In this document: one piece after another, positions 59,301-64,000 of the stretch
Numbering within the stretch: the stretch's first letter is position 1
Layout of the letters: every line of letters starts with the position of its first letter
From: Macrostomum lignano
Taxonomy: Eukaryota
Assembly (NCBI GenBank): GCA_002269645.1
Contig: NIVC01002518.1
Coordinates: 44,626-108,625, forward strand
Direction of reading: 5' to 3'
DNA: 64,000 nt
The notes under the pieces: model-generated
The model's input: only the letters and a program-made list of their open reading frames with translations
The model's database searches: none
Told to the model about the DNA's origin: nothing
Made by a program: the position numbers and the translations under genes

Positions 59301-62300
59301 CGGTTCCCTCCGGTTCCCTCCCGGTTCCCTCCAAGTTCCCTCCAGGTTCCCTCCAGGTTCCCTCCCGGTTCCCTCCCGGTTCCCTCCCGATTCCCTCCCG
59401 GTTCCCTCCCGGTTCCCTCCCGGTTCCCTCCAGGTTCCCTCCCGTTCCCTCCAGGTTCCTCCAGGTTCCCTCCAGGTTCCCTCCAGGTTCCCTCCCGGTT
59501 CCCTCCCGGTTCCCTCCCGGTTCCCTCCCGGTTCCCTCACGGTTCCCTCCCGGTTCCCTCCCGGTTCCCTCCCGGTTCCCTCCCGGTTCACTCCCGGTTT
59601 CCTCCCGGTTCCCTCCCGGTTCCCTCCCGGTTCCCTCCCGGTTCCCTCCAGGTTCCCTCCCGGTTCCCTCCAGGTTCCCTCCCGGTTCCCTCCCGATTCC
59701 CTCCCGGTTCCCTCCCGGTTCCCTCCCGGTTCCCTCCAGGTTCCCTCCCGGTTCCCTCCAGGTTCCCTCCCGGTTCCCTCCGGTTCCCTCCCGGTTCCCT
59801 CCAGGTTCCCTCCCGGTTCCCTCCCGGTTCCCTCCCGGTTCCCTCCCGATTCCCTCCGATTCCCTCCCGGTTCCCTCCCGGTTCCCTCCCGGTTCCCTCC
59901 AGGTTCCCTCCCGGTTCCCTCCAGGTTCCCTCCAGGTTCCCTCCAGGTTCCCTCCAGGTTCCCTCCAGGTTCCCTCCCGGTTCCCTCCCGGTTCCCTCAC
60001 GGTTCCCTCACGGTTCCCTCCCGGTTCCCTCCCGGTTCCCTCCCGGTTCCCTCCCGGTTCCCTCCCGGTTCCCTCCCGGTTCCCTCCCGGTTCCCTCCCG
60101 GTTCCCTCCCGGTTCCCTCCCGGTTCCCTCCCGGTTCCCTCCCGGTTCCCTCCCGGTTCCCTCCCGGTTCCCTCCCGGTTCCCTCCCGGTTCCCTCCCGG
60201 TTCCCTCCCGGTTCCCTCCGGTTCCCTCCCGGTTCCCTCCCGGTTCCCTCCCGGTTCCCTCCCGGTTCCCTCCCGGTTCCCTCCCGGTTCCCTCCCGGTT
60301 CCCTCCCGGTTCCCTCCCGGTTCCCTCCCGGTTCCCTCCCGGTTCCCTCCCGGTTCCCTCCCGGTTCCCTCCCGGTTCCCTCCCGGTTCCCTCCCGGTTC
60401 CCTCCCGGTTCCCTCCCGGTTCCCTCCCGGTTCCCTCCGGTTCCCTCCCGGTTCCCTCCGGTTCCCTCCCGGTTCCCTCCCGGTTCCCTCCCGGTTCCCT
60501 CCCGGTTCCCTCCAGGTTCCCTCCCGGTTCCCTCCCGGTTCCCTCCCGGTTCCCTCCCGATTCCCTCCCGATTCCCTCCCGATTCCCTCCCGGTTCCCTC
60601 CCGGTTCCCTCCCGGTTCCCTCCCGGTTCCCTCCCGTTCCCTCCCGGTTCCCTCCAGGTTCCCTCCCGGTTCCCTCCCGGTTCCCTCCCGGTTCCCTCCC
60701 GGTTCCCTCCCGGTTCCCTCCCGGTTCCCTCCCGGTTCCCTCCCGGTTCCCTCCCGGTTCCTCCAGGTTCCCTCCCGGTTCCCTCCCGGTTCCCTCCGAT
60801 TCCCTCCCGATTCCCTCCGCGGTTCCCTCCCGGTTCCCTCCCGGTTCCCTCCAGGTTCCCTCCCGGTTCCCTCCAGGTTCCCTCCAGTTCCCTCCAGGTT
60901 CCCTCCAGGTTCCCTCCAGGTTCCCTCCCGGTTCCCTCCCGGTTCCCTCACGGTTCCCTCACGGTTCCCTCCCGGTTCCCTCCCGGTTCCCTCCCGGTTC
61001 ACTCCCGGTTCACTCCCGGTTCCCTCCCGGTTCCCTCCCGGTTCCCTCCCGGTTCCCTCCCGGTTCCCTCCCGGTTCCCTCCAGGTTCCCTCCCGGTTCC
61101 CTCCCGGTTCCCTCCCGGTTCCCTCCCGGTTCCCTCCCGATTCCCTCCCGGTTCCCTCCCGGTTCCCTCCAGGTTCCCTCCCGGTTCCCTCCCGGTTCCC
61201 TCCCGGTTCCCTCCCGGTTCCCTCCAGGTTCCCTCCAGGTTCCCTCCAGGTTCCCTCCCGGTTCCCTCCCGGTTCCCTCCCGATTCCCTCCCGGTTCCCT
61301 CCCGGTTCCCTCCCGGTTCCCTCCAGGTTCCCTCCGGTTCCCTCCAGGTTCCCTCCAGGTTCCTCCAGGTTCCCTCCAGGTTCCCTCCCGGTTCCCTCCC
61401 GGTTCCCTCCCGGTTCCCTCCCGGTTCCCTCACGGTTCCCTCCCGGTTCCCTCCCGGTTCCCTCCCGGTTCACTCCCGGTTTCCTCCGGTTCCCTCCCGG
61501 TTCCCTCCCGGTTCCCTCCAGGTTCCCTCCCGGTTCCCTCCGGTTCCCTCCAGGTTCCCTCCCGGTTCCCTCCCGATTCCCTCCCGGTTCCCTCCCGGTT
61601 CCCTCCGGTTCCCTCCCGATTCCCTCCCGGTTCCCTCCCGGTTCCCTCCCGGTTCCCTCCCGGTTCCCTCCAGGTTCCCTCCCGGTTCCCTCCAGGTTCC
61701 CTCCCGGTTCCCTCCCGATTCCCTCCCGGTTCCCTCCCGGTTCCCTCCCGGTTCCCTCCAGGTTCCCTCCCGGTTCCCTCCAGGTTCCCTCCAGGTTCCC
61801 TCCCGGTTCCCTCCAGGTTCCCTTCCGGTTCCCTCCCGGTTCCCTCCCGGTTCCCTCACGGTTCCCTCCCGATTCCCTCCCGGTTCAATTGGGAATTCGG
61901 TTTATGCCGTTGGGAACTGTAATTAGTGGACAATATTAATCATTGAAAGTGATTACAGAATCTAAATTTCATGGCGTCACAATGTCTGGATCTCTTTGCC
62001 ATGACACAGGTGTTTTTTCACCCGTCAATCAGGCCATTGTTTGGAACTATCGACTTCAATTCAAAATCGGAAGCAAAAATCAGAAAGACAGTAAAATTTC
62101 GATCGCTGAAAACATTTTTTCTGAAAAACTTGAATTGCAATTCTGCACTCAAGAACCGACGTGCGGCACCTGGGTTACTGAGGACGATGAAACAAACAAT
62201 GATTTCTTTAATTTCCTGATCATTAGGGAAAGCAGACAAGGGAATTTCAAATTCAGGTGGCAATCTCCAATATTGCTAGCTGACAATTTCCTGCCCTTAA

Positions 62301-63098
62301 TGAGATGACCGCTAATAATGAGAGTGCGTGCTCACATAGGAAATCACAACAATAGCTAGCAGGCAACTTCATTTTGAAAAATTAGTTTCGCGTTGCGTGG
62401 TGACCTACAAATCGACTAGTACATGTTTTTACATGCGTATTTTTATAATTTCGCAAGCCCAAAAAATGCCCTGTTTCCTTTTTTCCTATCATGATAAACA
62501 CCTGCGCTGTTGGGTGTTGGCTATAAAATCTGTGCTAGTGGGGTGTTGGCTATAGAATCTGTGCTAGTGGGGTGTTGGCTATAAAATCTGTGCAAGTGGG
62601 GTGTTGGCTATAAAATCTGTGCTAGTGGGGTGTTGGCTATAAAATCTGTGCTAGTGGGGTGTTGGCAATAAATCTGTGCTAGTGGGGTGTTGGTTATAAA
62701 ATCTGTGCTAGTGGGGTGTTGGCTATAAAATCTGTGCTAGTGGGGTGTTGGCTATAAAATCTGTGCTAGTGGGGTGTTGGCAATAAAATCTGTGCTAGTG
62801 GGGTGTTGGCCAATAAAACCTGTGCTAGTGGATGTTGGCAATAAAACCTGTGCTAGTGGGGCTATAAAATCCGATTTAGAGGTTGGCTGTAATTTTTTTC
62901 ATTTAAGCCAATTCAATTTAAACTCGCAGGCAACACTTGGCGTGTGCTGCTCATCATCCTCTGCGTTCTGCTCATCGCACTCCCATTGTCGCAGTGTTTG
63001 CTGTTCAGAGGCTTCAGCAGCAGCGCTACGCCTCAGCCTCGCTTAACGATGCGGCGGCCAGAGTGCCTCTGGATGACAAGAGTGGAGCCAGCATCTGA
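50370..63098 (+). CDS. Putative TNF-receptor-like type I membrane protein (about 256 aa); exons 50370-50419, 53340-53626, 57460-57722, 62930-63098
   Basis: Splice phases are compatible (2, 1, 1). Two homologous Cys modules ([23 protein letters not shown] and [22 protein letters not shown]), a Thr/Ser stalk, a TM segment ([23 protein letters not shown]), a short tail and AATAAA at 63208. Requires +1 G at 57557 and +1 C at 62982-62984. Exon 1 is the least certain. Confidence 0.6.
50450..50791. repeat. 30-bp minisatellite, 11 identical copies plus a partial copy
   Basis: Unit GATAAAAGAAACAGCAACATTAGCTACTTC. Confidence 0.98.
50954..51187. repeat. Five 16-bp direct repeats separated by unique spacers
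   Basis: Consensus AGAGYGTCRYMACRCC at 50954, 51054, 51090, 51128 and 51172. Confidence 0.75.
52237..52420. repeat. 31-bp minisatellite x6
   Basis: Unit GAGTATTGGGTAGGGCGGCAGACTACCGGGT and variants. Confidence 0.93.
52800..53130 (+). mobile_element. 3' fragment of a CR1/L2-like LINE ORF2
   Basis: RLANHKL*CETVR...[21 protein letters not shown] resembles the RLSSHxLxIETGR...CxxC..E..HFL..C C-terminal motif. Confidence 0.5.
53627..55102. repeat. 15/16-bp G-rich minisatellite (GGGTCAGGAGAG(G)AGT), 1.5 kb
   Basis: Begins exactly at the predicted donor G|GTCAGG. Confidence 0.98.
55810..56430. repeat. Degenerate GGTCTGGGCCATAGAC...TAGCTTATCTAAGCCAAAG tandem array interrupted by a SINE
   Basis: Copies occur on both sides of 55920-56282. 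Confidence 0.85.
55920..56282 (-). mobile_element. Full-length tRNA-derived SINE family B with a 12-bp TSD
   Basis: On the minus strand: A box TAGCCCAGCGG, B box GGCTCGATTCC and a poly(A) tail at 55920. GGTCTGGACCAT flanks both ends (55908-55919, 56283-56294). Confidence 0.85.
56480..57090 (-). mobile_element. Possible highly decayed CR1-like RT fragment
   Basis: Short motifs in broken frames (CSLDP, FPTDW, FRKxSAT); weak evidence. Confidence 0.25.
57797..61886. repeat. 4.1-kb 11-bp minisatellite (CCCGGTTCCCT), roughly 370 copies
   Basis: Direct reading; variant units CCAGG, CCGAT, CACGG. Confidence 0.99.
62513..62870. repeat. 29-bp minisatellite x about 12
   Basis: Unit TGTGCTAGTGGGGTGTTGGCTATAAAATC. 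Confidence 0.95.
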
Positions 63099-63244
63099 TT
63101 GTCGAGGCAAAGCGAGCTCATCAACTCTACGGCAAAGATGTATTTTTTCTTATCAATTTGCACAGACTGCATGTATGGTTTTGTACTGAAGCATGTGCTG
63201 AAATGAGAATAAAACACAACAGATGCTACTGTAATGCCACATAA

Positions 63245-63546
63245 TATTAATAATAATATAATTTTTGATTACGCTTGCTCTAATGGGCAGTTGTGCAACC
63301 GACAGCTCAGCCGCAGCTATTGCGCGGCGCATCTGAAGGCTGCGTACGGCTGTTTAGTCAAAAGACTTGGGGGGTCGCCACACATATCCTCAATTACCTC
63401 AGCTAATCCTGGTACCCATTTTACAGCTGGGTGAACTGAACAGTTGTGTCTTGCTCAGGGGCACAAATTGTTTCGAGTGGGTCGAGAATCGAACCCCCGA
63501 CCGTTCAGTCGTGATTCCGACGCTCTGACCACTCGGCTACAAGCAG
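63245..63546 (-). mobile_element. tRNA-derived CORE-type SINE family A, second copy
   Basis: The reverse complement has TAGCCGAGTGG, GGTTCGATTCT and CAGTTCACCCAGCTGTAAAATGGGTACC, and aligns with 24774-25080 through ACAGCCGTACGCAGCCTTCAGATGCGCCGC. Confidence 0.88.
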
Positions 63547-63784
63547 TATACAAGGCCGTAGCTGAAGGGCAGGCAAGGTGGCCGTAGAACCTAACCTAAA
63601 ATTTATGTTTATGTGAAACAGCTTATATAGCTAGTATCTGCTTTTCAAAAATTTCGATTGCGAAAATGCTACTATCAGTAGCAAGTAGTGAAATTTTGTT
63701 CGCGTGAGCAGAATAATTAATTAATAATTGAAACAGGATTATCGAATAGTTAGAGCTAGATAAATTTAAATTTTAACTATTTTA

Positions 63785-64000
63785 CCAAGCTGTCTCATTG
63801 TGTAACAGCTCATCCATCTCATCTCCCCAACTGTCTCATTGTGTAACAGCTCATCTCCATCTCAATCTCCCCAGTATCAGCTCTCTATCTCATCCTCCCA
63901 GTTTATCATCTCAGTATCTTATCTCATCTCCCCAGTATCAGTTCATCTATCTCATCTCCCCAGTACTCAGCTCATCCATCTCATCTCCCCTGTATCAGTT
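63785..64000. repeat. Degenerate CAGCTCATCCATCTCATCTCCCC repeat
   Basis: Direct reading; runs to the window edge. Confidence 0.8.

Noticed and set aside
57729-61926. ORFs of up to 1397 aa ([11 protein letters not shown])
   Set aside because: An 11-bp repeat open in all frames and on both strands; not protein-coding evidence.

Overview
Eukaryotic (metazoan) genomic DNA with GC-rich coding exons embedded in introns full of micro- and minisatellites. This style suggests a free-living flatworm such as Macrostomum (inference only). Well-supported spliced genes, all on +: a 14-3-3 epsilon-like gene (3 exons, 252 aa), a complete 26-exon type IV collagen alpha chain (about 1752 aa, reading frame consistent across all junctions) and an NPY/NPF-receptor-like GPCR (3 coding exons found). 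A fourth gene, not visible as one ORF, can be assembled from four small exons spread over 12.7 kb between giant minisatellites. It encodes a type I membrane protein of about 256 aa with two TNF-receptor-like cysteine-rich modules, and needs two single-base homopolymer corrections. Possible small secreted-peptide genes lie on the minus strand at the left edge. Mobile DNA: a non-autonomous hAT element with an intact 8-bp TSD, a decayed RNase H-bearing LINE, LINE 3' fragments, two tRNA-derived SINE families and a probable mariner remnant. Several tandem repeats directly duplicate splice donors or acceptors. No rRNA, true tRNA or CRISPR array was found. All coordinates and translations were derived by hand; no database search was run.
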